Positions 38,301 through 51,500 of a stretch of 64,000 nucleotides of DNA are shown piece after piece (positions within the stretch are counted from its first letter, which is position 1; every line of letters begins with the position of its first letter). Below the pieces are notes generated by a model, which did not search any database, was not told the origin of the DNA, and saw only the letters and a list, made by a program, of their open reading frames with translations. The DNA lies in contig JASVEC010000002.1 in the NCBI GenBank assembly GCA_030770535.1, positions 2,046,001-2,110,000 of the forward strand, in the 5' to 3' direction. The translations under genes and the position numbers were made by a program. Origin of the DNA: Batkoa obscura (taxonomy: Eukaryota).

Positions 38301-39140
38301 TAATATACTTTTATATAAAAAATACATATTATTTTTTACTTACCTTCCAGGTCTTTTTAATAATTTATTAATACAATCTAGTATTGTTTCCATTACTGTT
38401 GTTGGCTAAAAAATTATAGTTTTATTTAATTCTATTCTTTGATTGAACAATATTTTCTTATAAACTCACCATTTCTTTAATAATCAATCTATATCCTTCT
38501 TCTACATCAAAAAAATTAATTCCGCTTTCTCGTTTTGTTGATGTTTTTCGCTATAAAATAATTGTAATAAACAAACAATATAAAAGTAAAATAATCAACT
38601 TACATTATTAAAGGCCAATGATAATTGATCTAAATTTAAAAAATTAAATTTGATATAATCTTTAATAAATTCAAGCATCTCTTGTTCAATTTCCTCGTTT
38701 TGTCTCAAATTATCCATCAATAACTGTATACTCCTTACACTCAATCCATTCTTTAAATTTAATTTATTCATTAATTCTATACATTATGATTAATTAGTTT
38801 CTTTTATTAATAAGTTGAAACATTAAAAGTTTACCTATTATTCCATCGTTATATTTAGTTAGATCTAATTGACAATTGTTTGATTTGATTATTGCCAAAT
38901 CATTCACAGTATAACATAAACAACATGTAAAACTTAATTTATTAGAATTCTTGAGTTTTCTATAAATATTGTTAGTAGTAGTATATAAATTATTAATTTT
39001 CTGAAAAAAATGCTTTACCCATTACAACATAGACAATATAAATATGTCTATTTGAATATAAAATTTCTATTAATTTATAATTTATTATTGATATGTTTAT
39101 TAATAATTACTTTTTTCTCGATTTCATTATTCTCTTTCAT
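35335..39140 (-). CDS. HUL4: HECT E3 ubiquitin ligase, Hul4/HECTD2-like, many exons
   Basis: N-terminal CLCC...[61 protein letters not shown]; catalytic [16 protein letters not shown]. Confidence 0.82.
36478..36784. repeat. 16-bp AT-only minisatellite (ATTATATTATATTATT)n, ~19 units, inside HECT intron 36463-36814
   Basis: Exact periodicity; lines 36481 and 36721 are identical. Confidence 0.9.
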
Positions 39141-39391
39141 TTGAAATATTTTGAAAAATTAAATTATTTTAATTCAAAATACTTGATCTTTAATAAAATA
39201 ATTCCTATTTAATTTTACACCATTATCATTTAATCAATAATACAAAACTAATCAAAAAACATAATCAAGTATGAAATAGAAATATTTATAATATAATATA
39301 ATATAATAAATTAATAATAAAATATATAATACTATTTACAATCTCTAATTTATTAATGTAACTCAATCCTAATATAAAAAATTCCTTTAAA

Positions 39392-39404
39392 GTGACGTCA
39401 CCCT
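39392..39404. promoter_or_regulatory. CRE/ATF-like palindrome GTGACGTCAC in the HUL4/MRX11 divergent promoter
   Basis: Perfect 10-bp palindrome in very AT-rich DNA; near-identical GTGACATCACCCT at 40807-40819. Confidence 0.45.
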
Positions 39405-39424
39405 CTACATTAAAATTAAAATAA

Positions 39425-40213
39425 ATGATTTATTTAATCATTTTTTATTTAAAAAACGTAATAAATCAATACATTGGAATGTTATTAAAACAAAGTTTAT
39501 CATTCAATATAAGAAAAGTTAATAAAATTTCCTATAAAATTTCACCTCTAAGATCAAGCTTATTATTTAAGTCTTCGCCTGCTATCTCAAAAATTCTATC
39601 ACTACATTCCTATTCAACTCATCATACTAATCTTACTCAATCACCATCACCATCGTCCCCTCAGTCCCCTCCCTCTTCCCCGATAAAAAAGAATTATCGA
39701 TACTATTATGATCAATTTAAACAGAAACCTGGTCATTACCTGTTTACTTTTCTCTTATTACATGAATTAACTGCCATTTTACCTATTATTATTATTTATC
39801 TTCTATTCCAAATGAATAATATCAATGCTAAAGATTTTTTGTTCTATTTTAATCAAGAATTGATTTTATCAGTAGAAAAGAAGGCGCTTTACGTTTTGAG
39901 AAAATATTTAGGAATGAATTTTGATAACCAAATGATTGAAGGAATTAATAATGATATCGATCAAACTTATGACAAGGATAATAATAAGGATGACAATAAG
40001 AGTATCAATACCAAGGACGATAGTTCCATTACTCCCATTACTACTTCTACTACTACTAATTTAGCTTCTTTTTATAATTTATTGTTCGCTTATACTTTAG
40101 TTAAATTTTTAGCTCCATTAAGATTGGTATTGTCGGCTACATTAACCCCTTATTGTTCCAAAAAAATGATTGAACCTAGTTTTAATAGAATGAGAAAGTT
40201 ATTAAAAAAGTAA
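39425..40213 (+). CDS. MRX11: MRX11-like (DUF1279/FAM210-related) mitochondrial membrane protein; true start may be ATG 39479
   Basis: Basic, Ser-rich presequence-like N-terminus; FLLLHELTAILPI and AYTLVKFLAPLRLVLSATLTP motifs. Confidence 0.65.
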   Translation: MIYLIIFYLKNVINQYIGMLLKQSLSFNIRKVNKISYKISPLRSSLLFKSSPAISKILSLHSYSTHHTNLTQSPSPSSPQSPPSSPIKKNYRYYYDQFKQKPGHYLFTFLLLHELTAILPIIIIYLLFQMNNINAKDFLFYFNQELILSVEKKALYVLRKYLGMNFDNQMIEGINNDIDQTYDKDNNKDDNKSINTKDDSSITPITTSTTTNLASFYNLLFAYTLVKFLAPLRLVLSATLTPYCSKKMIEPSFNRMRKLLKK

Positions 40214-40565
40214 TCAAATAAAATAAATGTGTTTAGTTTGTTTTACAAATAATTTAGGGCTTGATTGTCAGTTTTTGAAGTTCTTGTTTTTACTAAAAGA
40301 TTACAATAGAAAGCTGATATGCGGGTGTGACTTCAAATAAAATAACCTAAAATTTATTAAATAGATTGATTTATAATAATGTTCTGGATTTTAGAAACTT
40401 TATATAATAATTGGAACTCATATTATTTATTGTTATTATTTAATCGGAATTATGTTCTTTTTTAGATCTTAATAAGGAGAGGGGAGAGTTCATCAGCAAA
40501 AGTGAATAAATAAATGCTATATATATAATTTATTTAAATTATTAAGTTCTCTCAAATTTTTATAT

Positions 40566-40663
40566 GGGAATGTATTTTTGTATTTAAGAATTTTACCAAC
40601 AATTTTTCCACTCAAGTAGCGCTTAAAAGATAGAAAAAGTGATGAAGTCAAAAAAACATCCTC
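40566..40663 (+). mobile_element. ~98-bp MITE, copy 10
   Basis: Matches the family; ATAT/ATAT flanks. Confidence 0.9.
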
Positions 40664-40981
40664 ATATCTTAATTTTATTAGAAACTTTTAAACTTTATTA
40701 ATCAGCATAAAACTTAAATGAATTCCTTACCTAATCTTAAACTTAAATCTTCTAAATTTTCAACAGTCTCAAAAAGGTCAACTCACAATTCAAAGAATTG
40801 AGGAAGGTGACATCACCCTTAAAATATTATTACCAATCATTAAAAATTCTTTAAAATAAAACAGTAAAAACAGGAAATCTACCAATCTGCATTCAACCTT
40901 TCAATTCTTCAAAAAAAAGATATAAATACAACCCCACATCAACAAATTAATCAATTTTTTAAACTTCAAAAATAAATTAAG

Positions 40982-42415
40982 ATGTCTATTATTCCAAAAA
41001 AACCAGCCCGTCAATATGTTGTACCAGCCAATGTATTAACTCCAGAACAATCTTCTCTACTCACTAGTTTTGAAGCTAAATTTAATATATCTAAAATAGT
41101 ATTAAAAAATTTGATACCTAAATTTCATTCTGAAATGGATCTAGGATTGCAAGGATTAGGTGGTAATCTACTTATGGTACCCTCTTATGTTACTGCTCGT
41201 CCCACTGGTAATGAAACAGGTCATTATTTAGCCTTAGATTTTGGTGGTACCAATTGTCGAATTTGTTTAATTGAATTACAAGGTAGTCAAAAAGTAGAAT
41301 TAAATTATGATATATTTAAATTTAGTAATGAGCAATTAAAAGAAGATGGAAGTATTTTATTTTCTACTATAGCTGATTTTATTCATCAATTTTTACAAAA
41401 ACATATTCAAGATGGTACTATTCAAGCAGTTCATAAACCATTAAATTTAGGGTTTACTTTTTCATTTCCAGTTAATATGACTTCATTAAATGAAGGTAAG
41501 TTAGTTCGTTGGACTAAAGGATTTGAAAATCCAGGGGTTGTTGGTAAAGAAGTTGTAAGTTTATTACAATCAGCATTAGATTTAAAAAAAGTACCAATTA
41601 CAGTCAATGCTGTTGTTAATGATACTGTAGGTACTTTAATTACATCATCTTATTCAAATCCAACAACTCAAATTGGACTTATTCTTGGTACTGGTACAAA
41701 TGCAGCTTATTATGAAAAAATGGAAAATATTCCTAAGTTAAAAGGTAAATATAGCGCATTTAAAGAAATGGCTATTAATATGGAATGGGGAGCCTTTGAT
41801 AATGACAAGAAAGTATTACCATTAAATGAATATGATGAAATTATTGATCAAAATACATGGAATCCAAATCAACAAATTTTTGAAAAAACAGTATCTGGTT
41901 TTTATTTAGGAGAAATCTTTCGTATTATTATAAAAGATTTATATAGTAAAAAACAATTATTAAAGGGATTTCAATTACCTAAAGCATTTGATATTCATGG
42001 TGGTATTGATACAGCTATATTATCTAAAATGTTAACAGATGAAACTAAACAACTAGATATAGTTCATAAAATATTAAAAGAAGATCATCCAGAACAAATA
42101 ATTCCATATAATGAATTGATTTTAATTCAAAAATTAGCAGAATTAATAGGTTATCGTGCAGCACAATTTGCAGCTACAGCATGTTCTGCAGTATTATTAA
42201 AAAGACCAGAATTATTAAAAAATAAAGTAATTATTGGTGTAGATGGATCTGTGTTTGAGCATTTTCCTAATTTTCCTGAATGGATGTATTCTACTTGCGA
42301 TCAATTACTTGGTATTGATAATTGTAATAATGTTCAGTTTGCTATTACTAAAGATGGTTCTGGAGTAGGTGCTGCTCTTATTTCTATGATTGCTGAATAT
42401 ACTTCTAAATTATAA
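40982..42415 (+). CDS. HXK: Hexokinase, intronless, 477 aa
   Basis: LALDFGGTNCR, LGFTFSFP, WTKGF, NDTVGT, ILGTGTN, INMEWGAF, DGSVFE, DGSGVGAA. Confidence 0.95.
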   Translation: MSIIPKKPARQYVVPANVLTPEQSSLLTSFEAKFNISKIVLKNLIPKFHSEMDLGLQGLGGNLLMVPSYVTARPTGNETGHYLALDFGGTNCRICLIELQGSQKVELNYDIFKFSNEQLKEDGSILFSTIADFIHQFLQKHIQDGTIQAVHKPLNLGFTFSFPVNMTSLNEGKLVRWTKGFENPGVVGKEVVSLLQSALDLKKVPITVNAVVNDTVGTLITSSYSNPTTQIGLILGTGTNAAYYEKMENIPKLKGKYSAFKEMAINMEWGAFDNDKKVLPLNEYDEIIDQNTWNPNQQIFEKTVSGFYLGEIFRIIIKDLYSKKQLLKGFQLPKAFDIHGGIDTAILSKMLTDETKQLDIVHKILKEDHPEQIIPYNELILIQKLAELIGYRAAQFAATACSAVLLKRPELLKNKVIIGVDGSVFEHFPNFPEWMYSTCDQLLGIDNCNNVQFAITKDGSGVGAALISMIAEYTSKL

Positions 42416-42541
42416 ATCATTTTTTTGAGAAAGTATAATAAAGTATTAATAAATTTACTTTTCTTTTAATAATAAAATTCTCAATTAGTTTGTTTTTTTT
42501 ACATAAATATTTCACTTATTTATTTATTTATTTATTTGTTA

Positions 42542-45500
42542 TTATTTTAATAAAAAAGATCTTAATTCTAACTCAATAGCTAAATTAGTAAAATTATTAT
42601 AATCTTCAGAATTCAATGGAAGATTTAATATAAAATTAAATAAATCTAAAAATAAAAATAATAAATAAAATTATATAAATACATAACAATAACTCATATT
42701 ACCTTGTGAATAGAAAGCCTTAGACAATGCTGAATAAATTGAATTTTTAATGTCTTTTCCATTTAATATTTGTACTTTAATAAAAATAATCCAAAATAAA
42801 TAAAAATTCTTATTTTGATTATTATTTAATAACAAATTTAAACAATTAATTGCTCGATGTTGATCATTACAATAATTGATTGCTATAAAAATAGAATAAA
42901 ATCCATTGAAGCAATTAAATTTTGAATATTGTTTTGTATTAAAATAATAGTTTATAACGTTACAATTTAACTTAGTCTTATCTTCTAACTTCAAATAGAT
43001 AGTATTAAAATAGCTATTATTAGGATAGAGTTTTAATGTAAAACCTACTAATTTTCTATATTGTTTAATACTATAGTATTTTTCATTTAATTGTAATTGT
43101 TCTATTTGTTTAAAATAAAGCATTCCCAAATTTTCTAATATTCTATTATTACCAAATACATTATTAATACTTTCTAAATTCCTTTCAATATAATTCATAT
43201 ATTCATCCATCCCACCTTTAAGATATTTTAATATACTAATTAAATAACAATAATTACTAATTTGATCTATTTCTTTAGTCATAAATAGGTTATATTCTCG
43301 TCCAATTAATTCTTGTATTAATTCTTCAATATCAATATTTGTTATTAATTTTATATAATTTTCATAATTTTCATTGAATTCAGGTACTAATTTATGTATA
43401 TAGCAATAAATAATAGTTAATATATGATTTGTATTATTTAAATTCCATTCTAATTTACACCAATGAGAATAAATCATTGTAATAGATCCTTTATAATGAG
43501 TTGGATTTTGATAATAATATTCCAATAATAATACAAATCGCTGTCTTGCCTAAAATAAAATAAAATAGTTAAATATATTTATTTCAAACTATATTATATT
43601 ATATTATATTATATTATATTATATTATATTATATTATATTATATTATATTATATTATATTATATTATATTAATTACTTTTTTATAATCTCCTTGTTTCCA
43701 TAAATTATCAATATAAGCTAACCACATTAATATTTGATTACTGTTTTCTTTTAATTGAGATTTATAAATTGAATTTATTTTTTCTTTTGCCCCAAACAAT
43801 TCTTCTATTTTAAGATAAAGTATTATAAATAATAAATTACTTGGATCAATATCAAAACATTTTAATAATACTCTTCTACAATAATAAAAATATTAATAAA
43901 TAATAGTAATTATTATTATTTAACTTACTTTGAAAACTTAAAATATTCTAAATTATTTAATCTTGAATTAAACATTGATTTGTTTGCATCTAATAGTATA
44001 TAAAATGAATTAGGAATCATATCAATTGGAATTTCCAATTTTTGATTATTATTATTATTACTATTATTATTATTATTAATCACCCCATCAACATTTAACT
44101 GTATTTCAAAATTATCAAATTGTAATTTATCTAATACTTTATCCATATTAAAAAAATGATTTAATGAAACTGAATCATCATTTGATTGTAATTCATTAGT
44201 ACATTTAATATTAAAAAAAGGACAAATCAATATTGTAACAAAATGTTGTAATAAATTATAAATTGTATTTGAACATTTAAATTGTATAATAAATCCTTCA
44301 ATATCTTCAAATAATATTACTTTAAATGGATCTCCTTCTTTTTTCCATAATTCATTCGTTGATCTTATTGGTAAATATAAATTATTATTTTCTTCTTCTT
44401 TTCCATAATTTGGTGTTGTTTTTTCTTTAAAATACATCTTCCATCCACCACTACCTAAATCTCCTATTCGATTAAATTCTTTTTCCCAATATATTTTAAA
44501 TAATTGTTTTTTATCAATATTATTATTATAATTTGATAAATCTGGATTTAATAAATTATATTCAATAATTGTTTGATAAATTCCTATTACTAGCTCGTTA
44601 TATCCTAAAATAAGTTGAATTATTAACATTTTGTTTACTTTATAATAATTTCTTATTGAAAATACCTGCTTGTATTAGCATATTAGTTAATAAAATAATA
44701 GATTTAAAAATAATCGGATCAATTTTAATAAAATTACTATCATTTCTTAAATTTAATAGTTGATTGAATTTTGATTGAAACAAAGTAATAATTTCATTAA
44801 CATTAAATTGATTACTATAGCTTAAACGAAATAATAAATAATGAAATATTAATTCATATTGATTTTGAAATTGAATTAAATAATTTTCCCATTTACTTAA
44901 TATTGTTGTTGAATCCCAAATTTCTTGTCCATATTTTATATATTTTAATATTAATTGCTCATTCCCATGATTAAACTGTAATGCTCTTTCTAGCATGGCT
45001 AACTGGATATCTAATATCATTCGTTTGTTTTTAAAATCTTTTTTTAAATTTGTTTTTTCATAATATTCACAATACTCTAACCATAATGAAACATCTTTAT
45101 TATTCTATATAAAATAAATAAATAAATAAATTGTTATTATCATTGTTCATTAATAATAATTTATTTACCTCTGTCAATTTAGTTTCAAATTCTTTAATTT
45201 TATTTTTAATAGGATCGTATTCTTCATTTTGTTTATCAATTAATACTTCTTCGTCTGGTTGAAATTTAATAAATCCATAATCATAATCTAAAATAGTTTC
45301 ATTCTTTTCCGTTGATTTTTTTAAACTAAACAAAGATAAGCATTTATAAAATATTATAATATAATTGACTCACTTTTTAATATTAAATAAATTTTTGTTT
45401 TCATCAATTTTAATATCTATGTATCGACTCATTTCCTAATAAAAATAATCAACATTGTTATGATAATAATTGAATTACAATAATTAATTACCTTTTTACT

Positions 45501-46198
45501 CTTTTGTTTAAAAACAATACTACCTTTAATCTTACTTTGAATCTCATCAATAATCAAATTTCTATTTAGGCCCAAAATAAACCCTTCTAAAGAATAAATT
45601 TAAATGACTTAAAACATCCAACAGCAACCAAACTTACTACCAAATCTTTTATAAGTGGGTATTTTATACTTATAAATACTACCATAAACTAAATTATCTT
45701 TATCCCCATATAAATCAATACTACAATCATAATCTCTTGTTAATCTATTATTTAATAATTTAATGTGAATTTTATTATCCCTTTAATTTTAACTTACTCT
45801 ATTGGTAATTCTTGATTTGTTTGCTTTATTTTTTTTTCAAACTTATCCCCAGATCTTTTTTCTCTTTCTCTTTCCCTATATCTTAATTCTTTTTCTTTTT
45901 CGCTATATCTACTATCTCTTTCCCTATCTCTTTCCCTATCTCTGTCTCTTTCTCTTTCGTTATATCTATTATTTTTTCTCCTATCCCTTTTTTCATCCTT
46001 TTCTCTTTCATCATATCTTCTTTCTCTTTCCCTAATATCATATCTCTCCTCTTTCTCTTTCTCTTTCTCTTTTTCCTTCTCCCTCTTTTTCTTTTTCTTG
46101 TCTCTTTTAATTTCCTCCTCCCTTTCCCTTTCTTTTTCTTTAACTAAATTGACATTAAATGAATTAAACTTGGGCGCTCTTGGTCCTTCTTTTTCCAT
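42542..46198 (-). CDS. NRDE2: NRDE2/Nrl1-like HAT-repeat nuclear RNA-processing factor, multi-exon
   Basis: PKFNSF start, R/E/K-rich segment, IDLYGDKDNLVYG...IPTYKRFG, LERALQFN, GYNELVIGIYQTIIEYNL, YWEKEFNRIGDLGSGGW, DPFKVILFEDI, terminal ELELRS. Confidence 0.8.
43591..43670. repeat. (ATATT)16 microsatellite in an NRDE2 intron
   Basis: Read directly from the sequence. Confidence 0.9.
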
Positions 46199-46599
46199 TT
46201 GAAATATAAAATGAAAATTAAAACGTAATGAGCTTTCAAGACTTAGTTTATTTGAAAACTACTTTTGAATTGAAGCCTTTCACAGTTTCTTTTTTGCAGT
46301 TAAGAGTTCGAGATTATTATGTAAAAAATAAATTAATAAATATTTTATTCTTTTAATATTAAAACAACAGTTCATTTTTACAAATATCAATAAAAAGATA
46401 TCAATAAAAAAATAAAAGCTATTTAAAAAAGACAAAACCTAGTAATAAACAATTTGTTGATATTACTTTAACTCAATACTGATATGTTTTCAAATTTAAC
46501 AAACAATAGCGGTATATTTAATTTATATTTAAACGTATCAATACATGTTAATAAAAATATGCTATTTTGAATATTTTATTATTTATAAACGAGTGAGTT

Positions 46600-47370
46600 A
46601 AAAAGTAACAAAATTTTTTAAGTAATACATCCAAACAATTTGATTTAATTTTATTTCTTTAATAGATTTACATTGAATTGAATTTTATTTTTCAAGTTTT
46701 GAAGTTCAATTTCTTATAAACTAATTGTTATCAAATAATTGCTCAATATCGAACTTTTTCGATATAAAATAATTTCACTACGGTCAACAAATAAAGTTAT
46801 ACTTTTGAACTTCCCTGTCACTAAAGTATTAAATATTGAAATCAATTTTCCCACTGATTGTTGATTTTAAACTTGAATTCGAACTCAAATTAAGATTGAT
46901 TGTAATAGAATCTCTAGATAACTCATCCGTTTTTAAATATAAAGTTACTAAATTATTGAGTCGTGTTTTAGTAATATGCATTCTGCTAAGGTCTGAAATA
47001 TTAGTGAAATAAATTTTTAAGACTTTCAATTTACTTGCATTCAAATATTTAATAACTTCAATGACTATTCCAAACCCATTAATGCTAAATATTTCATTAA
47101 CAACCCATTTTTTATGATAATTTTTTTTCGATAGTCACAATGTTCATTAAGCTCAAATTGGGCATAAATAGAATTTTTTTAAATTATATTTAATAGTTTT
47201 ATTGCCCACCTCAAAAAAATATCTAAAAAATATTCAACTGTTGGGGTTCATCAATAGGAAAGTTTCATAAAACATTTAGCAACTGTTCTAATTTTAAGCC
47301 TATTTTGAAATAAAGTTCCAAAAAAATGTCATCAAAAGTTGAGCTAAATTTTATAAACTTCACCCAATCT
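46600..47370 (-). pseudogene. Possible decayed F-box/LRR-like gene
   Basis: Fragments DWVKFIK, LKIRTVAKCF, KLKVLKIYF, NNLVTLYL separated by stops; boundaries approximate. Confidence 0.25.
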
Positions 47371-47382
47371 CAACTAGCATTT

Positions 47383-47474
47383 GGGACTATTTTTTTTGGT
47401 TTCGTTGTTTTTCCATTTTTTAAGTGCTATTTGAGTGAAAAATTGTAGTAAAATTCTTGAAAAAATACATCCCC
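47383..47474 (-). mobile_element. MITE copy 11 (degenerate)
   Basis: Matches the family; ATTT/ATTT direct flanks. Confidence 0.8.
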
Positions 47475-48552
47475 ATTTGAACAAAACTACTTAGACTATA
47501 GATTTAATACATTTTATTACAGAATCCAGCTAGATTTAAAATATACTTTTAAACCTAATTAAGTTTCATAATATTTATACTTGAATTTCAAAAGTCAGTT
47601 TATAAACTAAATAAACTATAAAAAAAGCAGTATGTTGTATAAAGTAAATCATTAAAGGGTAGTAATAAGTACTTTCTTCAATAAAGTTATCATTGTTAAT
47701 GTAAAAAAAGCTATACAATTCGAGTTAAAAACAATATAATATTTCAAAATTAATATAATTACTTGTCAACTTTTATTTCATGGATATTTAATTTAATAAT
47801 AAAAAACTGAAATAGTAATATTAAATACACTACTATCAGACTTTTATCTAAAAAAAATCGCTTTAACTTTAGATTATTAAGATTAGCTATAAGCTAAATA
47901 GAGCTATTATTAAATTGGGAACTATAAAAAGATATACAAAACATACAATCAGTGACAATATTCCATTACTGATTAAAACTAAAGTTTGATAAAAGTAAGC
48001 AGTCTATATTCATAATTTAAATATTGATATAAAATTGTATCCAAGAAAGTATTATAATAATTATTCAAAACAAAACTTTAATTTTCTATTTCTAATTATT
48101 ATAATATGGTAAACTTTTAACTATTCCAACATAATTACCATTTATGCTAATGTTATCATCCTCCTATTTTACCAAGTATTTTTAAATAATGTAAAAAGGA
48201 TTTATTAGTATAAAATAATTAAATATAATTAGATATGATATAGTTTTAGCATTGCTCAAAATTATAAAAGATATATTGTTAATTAATAGGATTAAGTTCT
48301 GTTGTGAAAAGCTCTATAAATAGTAAAAATTAAAAGCTGGATATAAGTCAATTGTGCCTACCACAATTGCTGTTAAAGTGAATTGGAGGATCTTAGCTTA
48401 ATATTTGTACAAATAAGCTAAAAGTTACTTTTTTCTTATTTAACTGTGCTATTTTAAATATCAAGTTAAAAAGTTTAAAAAAGCCAAAGACTTTCTTCCA
48501 AAAGATAGTATATTCAAAGTATATATCCAATAATCTAAATGATAAAAGGACT

Positions 48553-51500
48553 TTATCCTGTTGGTGTAGCGCATTCTTCTGGGGCTGGAGGATTCAATCC
48601 ATTTCTATTAGAATTTAATGGTATATTATTATAATGGTGACTTGATCCCACATTTCGTTGTGTCATATTCAAGGCTGCATTGACTTCTTTCAAGGCTCTT
48701 TTGGAAATTGAAATATCATCATCATCATCATTAACCCAAATACATGCACTCCTTACTGTTGTATTCCCTTTCTCCCATTTTTCTTTAAGATACTCTTGTA
48801 AATGATTTCTATATTCTGGTTGAAGGTATGCTCCCCCACTTTTTGATTTTAACGATCCATTAGGATTTTGATATGAAAGATTAACTGGTATATCATCTGT
48901 TCCATTTTCCCATCTCTTCCAAGCTTCAAGGTAACCATGTTCTAAATTTTTAACCCATCGTGGTGTATCAAATAAACGTGAATAGTCTCTAGTTAAAAAC
49001 AATGCTTTTCTAAGCTCAATGAGTTCTCCATGACCAATACGACGGTTCTTTTTAATTCCATTATCTGGTGGGAGTCTTGAGCTGGAACTCAAACCTAAAC
49101 GATTTAAAACAACTAATAAAATTAGTAAAATACTAAAGTAAATATTATAAACTTACTTTCATTATCAGTTCCTTCCAAATACCTATACTTGACAGATAAT
49201 GCAAGTTTAACTGCTTGATCTGCATAGGCTTCCTCGCTTTCTGTTACCATATACTCCCCATAACCAGTAGCATAAGCAATACTTGCTGCTACACGTGAAC
49301 ACATTTTATACATATGACGCGCAAAGGTTACAATTGGAGTTCCAGACCATAAGATATCAGCTGCAGTGGTATGTGCGTTACATTCAGGTGTATCAAAAAA
49401 TAGATCTGCAATCCTTCCACGATGTATATGAATGTGTTTAGGTGCAACATCTGTGAAAAGAACTCTATTAGCCACTTCTGGTCCGGCTATTTCCATAGCT
49501 GTGCGTTTAAGATGAGCTTCACCAGCCGCTGGGAATCTCAAAAGCCATAGCACAGAGTTGGGTACTCGTCTCAAAACATTAATCCATACAGCGTAAATTG
49601 CTGGATCAAGTTTATAAAGTTGATTGAAATTAGCAAAGATAATTGTATCTGGGTGAAGCCCTGGAAATACTTCTTGTCTCATTCGCCATCTTCTATCTTC
49701 CTCATGTAACCAAGCAAGTTCAAGATCTTCTCTTGTACGATTCATTGGATGTAATGGAATTCTATCAGCTCCAGCGTCTGGGTCATCTGGATCTCTAAAT
49801 CCTTGTCTATGGTCATTGACGAAATAAGAATGTGGTAAATATATCAATTTTTCAGTATATACCCAAGATTCCGAAGCTTCTTCTGGATCTAAATCTAAAG
49901 AATCGACTTGACTCAACTTTTCTTTAATATCTGTTACTTCTTCCCTTGCTAAAAATTGATCCGAGCATACTGTTTGAGGTGGACATACAATTGGATCAGC
50001 AATAAACCAATCACACCAATGCCCACCAAGGGTTCCTGCAAACCCCATATAAGACATTAAAATGGGTGCTGGTCTTGCTGCAAATACTTCATTTCTGGCT
50101 CCTTTTGTATATCCGTTGAGATTAATTAAGATATGAATACCATCTTGAACTATCCTTTCTACAATGGCTTGAGTTGACCATCCTGAAACATCAATAAAAT
50201 TGGGTGTTGAGCTTTGAATTTTAGCCCTATAAGGCGAATTATCATTAGGTGTAGTTGCATATAAAAATACATCAAATTTTTCTCTATCATGAAAACCAAA
50301 AACAGATTGCATAAGATGTGCAAGTGGGTGATTAGCAAAATCAGAAGAAACATAACCTAACCTCAGCTTATTCAAAGCTGGTGGTGGTGGCGGATAAACT
50401 GTAGATGGAAGCCATGGTGATGTTAATGTAGAATGTGCAATTCTTAAAGCATTACGATGACTTATAAGTCTGACCTGCCTTGGTGTAAGTGGATAGGTAA
50501 ATGTATGGAATGGTAGAACAGTTGGCAATGGGGGAAGTGGTAGCTTGGGTAAATCAGGCCTTTTATAAAGAGCCAACTCACTTTGTTTAAGTTGAGTTAA
50601 ATTTATCTTTCCAGAATTAGGTGCATATTTATAATGTTTCCAATACCATAAACGTTGGAGTTTACGTATCGCCTTTTCTATTGCCCTCATCGCCCATCCC
50701 CCTTCATTAGGTATTGTGGCTTGACAAGAAGTACTTAATTTTTGCCAAATCGAATAGCGTTCCTTCCAAGTACTATCTTTACTTGATTGGAAGCAGCGTA
50801 ACATATCTGAAATAAATGTGTTTTTATCTATTGAATTCTGTGAAAGTATTACACCACGCCCCCAGTCCGATCCAGATATAAGTTGTTTATTAACAATTTG
50901 TATAATACGATCCATCCATCCAAGTCTAACCATGTTGCTGTGGGGGTCTTTATAAGTATGGCGTCCGCGCCAATCACAAATACCTCCTAAGGCATTAACT
51001 AAACCACAAACTGCTTCTGTAAATTCTGGGTTTATTTCAACTGCTCTCATATACCATTGAATACTATCCTGTGTCCTTCCAGAGTCTTTCAACGCGTTTC
51101 CTAGGTTAGCCAAAGCAACATCAAATTTGGGATTACATTCTACTGCTTTTTCATACATCCTTATGGCTTCACCGATATTACCCATATCTTTAAGTAACGA
51201 ACCAAGATTAGTATACAAATGTGGATGACGAGCATCCAAAGTTAAACCATATGAATAATATTGAAGTGCAAGATTACCCCCAGTTACTTGAGGAGGTTGG
51301 TTATTTCCAGTTGGTAAAGGAGCTGGAATATTGCTAAGCAAAATACCCAAATTGTTACATGTAGATGGACTAGGGTATAATGACAAAGATAGATAATAGA
51401 GCGGTAAAAGAAGCGAAAGTGGGTGTGGATTAATACAAGTATCTTGGTATATTTTAGCTAAAGTCAAAATAACAACTGAAGTTGTTTGACATGCTAGATT

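Noticed and set aside
45802..46035. Hydrophobic antisense ORF, and similar short ORFs overlapping genes (4756, 10685, 12439, 13424, 19350, 52313, 61139, 61823)
   Set aside because: Antisense or off-frame shadows of well-supported genes
1091..47474. Dispersed ~98-bp repeats as CRISPR repeats, SINEs or structural RNA genes
   Set aside because: Kilobases apart, both orientations, TIRs plus TSDs, no regular spacers, Pol III boxes or tails; a MITE fits best
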